A program made the position numbers and the translations under genes. Below are positions 47,035-47,738 of a DNA stretch of 47,738 nt, piece after piece. This DNA comes from Rotaria socialis. Lineage: Eukaryota. How positions within the stretch are numbered: position 1 is the stretch's first letter; every line of letters begins with the position of its first letter. The stretch is taken from NCBI GenBank assembly GCA_905331295.1, contig CAJNYD010000319.1:1-47738 (forward strand), in the 5' to 3' direction. The notes under the pieces are model-generated. The model was not told the origin of the DNA. It worked only from the letters and a program-made list of their open reading frames with translations, and did no database searches.

Positions 47035-47738
47035 TACCAGGGAACTGTGGAGACAAAGAAGATTTTCATCACCGTAGTGGATGACTGAATCTGATGTCCC
47101 ATGAGTTGCGATCCAAGTTATTGCTTGTTCTAGAACATTCCTATCTGATACGAATCTTTTTGATCTTCTAAGGTAACAGATCGAACTGTCACCCTCTTGC
47201 CATTTGGATCTATGTATATTCGTTCAGTTCGGATTGTTCCCATAATAAAAAATCATCTTTGGACTTATCCAGAGCTTTTAAATATTTTTCCCAGTATGCA
47301 TAACAATGATCATCTAGATGTTTTTCATTATAGATTTATGAAAATATTAAATCCTCCCAACACTGACAACGACATGCACGTTTTAAAAGAGTGAAATACA
47401 GATGATCAATACTTGTACGCTGTGATTCATCAAATAATGGGAATATCCAAAATAGCCATGTGAAATGTGGTAGAACTAATGTAGAAAAGAGAACAGGTCT
47501 GAGATGTGTAAATGATGTGCCACTTATTCTGAAAGAGTTCATTAAGACAGTTCGTTGACGAACGATGAGCGTCGTCTTGTTAATGATATTTCCCCAACCT
47601 AGCTCTCATCGAAAGCCAATACATCAAGTACTTAAATGAGGTGATCCATTCCACTTTGTGGTCACCACAATGCACTTGAGGTAGAGGATTCGGATAACTA
47701 GCCGCTCATGCTGAGAACATGGCTTGTGTTTTAGAATA

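Noticed and set aside
1..47738. CRISPR array, rRNA or prokaryotic operon
   Set aside because: No regularly spaced repeat-spacer array or rRNA-like sequence seen; most genes carry spliceosomal introns.

Overview
AT-rich eukaryotic genomic DNA with many short (~40-80 bp) GT-AG introns. The gene content (ART-TPR protein, expanded GPCR and F-box-like families, non-metazoan-type genes, TGTGGG-like repeats) points to a bdelloid rotifer; this is an inference. Left to right: a ~1.4-kb TIR element; a nonsense-inactivated GPCR; a decayed secreted Thr-rich gene split by an apparently intact pogo-type (DD35D) transposon; a plant/fungal-type 'pathogen-related protein' ending in a CaaX box; a receiver-like/ADP-ribosyltransferase/TPR gene directly next to an ADP-ribosylhydrolase gene; BCKDHA; two small genes, one a stand-alone copy of the ART's N-terminal domain; tRNA-Asp; a hydrophobic orphan ORF; hAT and Tc1-type MITEs; a GPR1/FUN34/YaaH transporter; a 12-exon nuclear receptor with two DNA-binding domains; an atypical tRNA; nested integrase/MULE fossils; an F-box-like gene; and a RING pseudogene cut by a telomere-like hairpin and a MITE. 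The best candidate for an undescribed system is the ADP-ribosylation writer + eraser + stand-alone pseudo-receiver cluster at 14.4-23.5 kb. Exon structures were worked out by hand, and family assignments come from motif recognition, not database searches.
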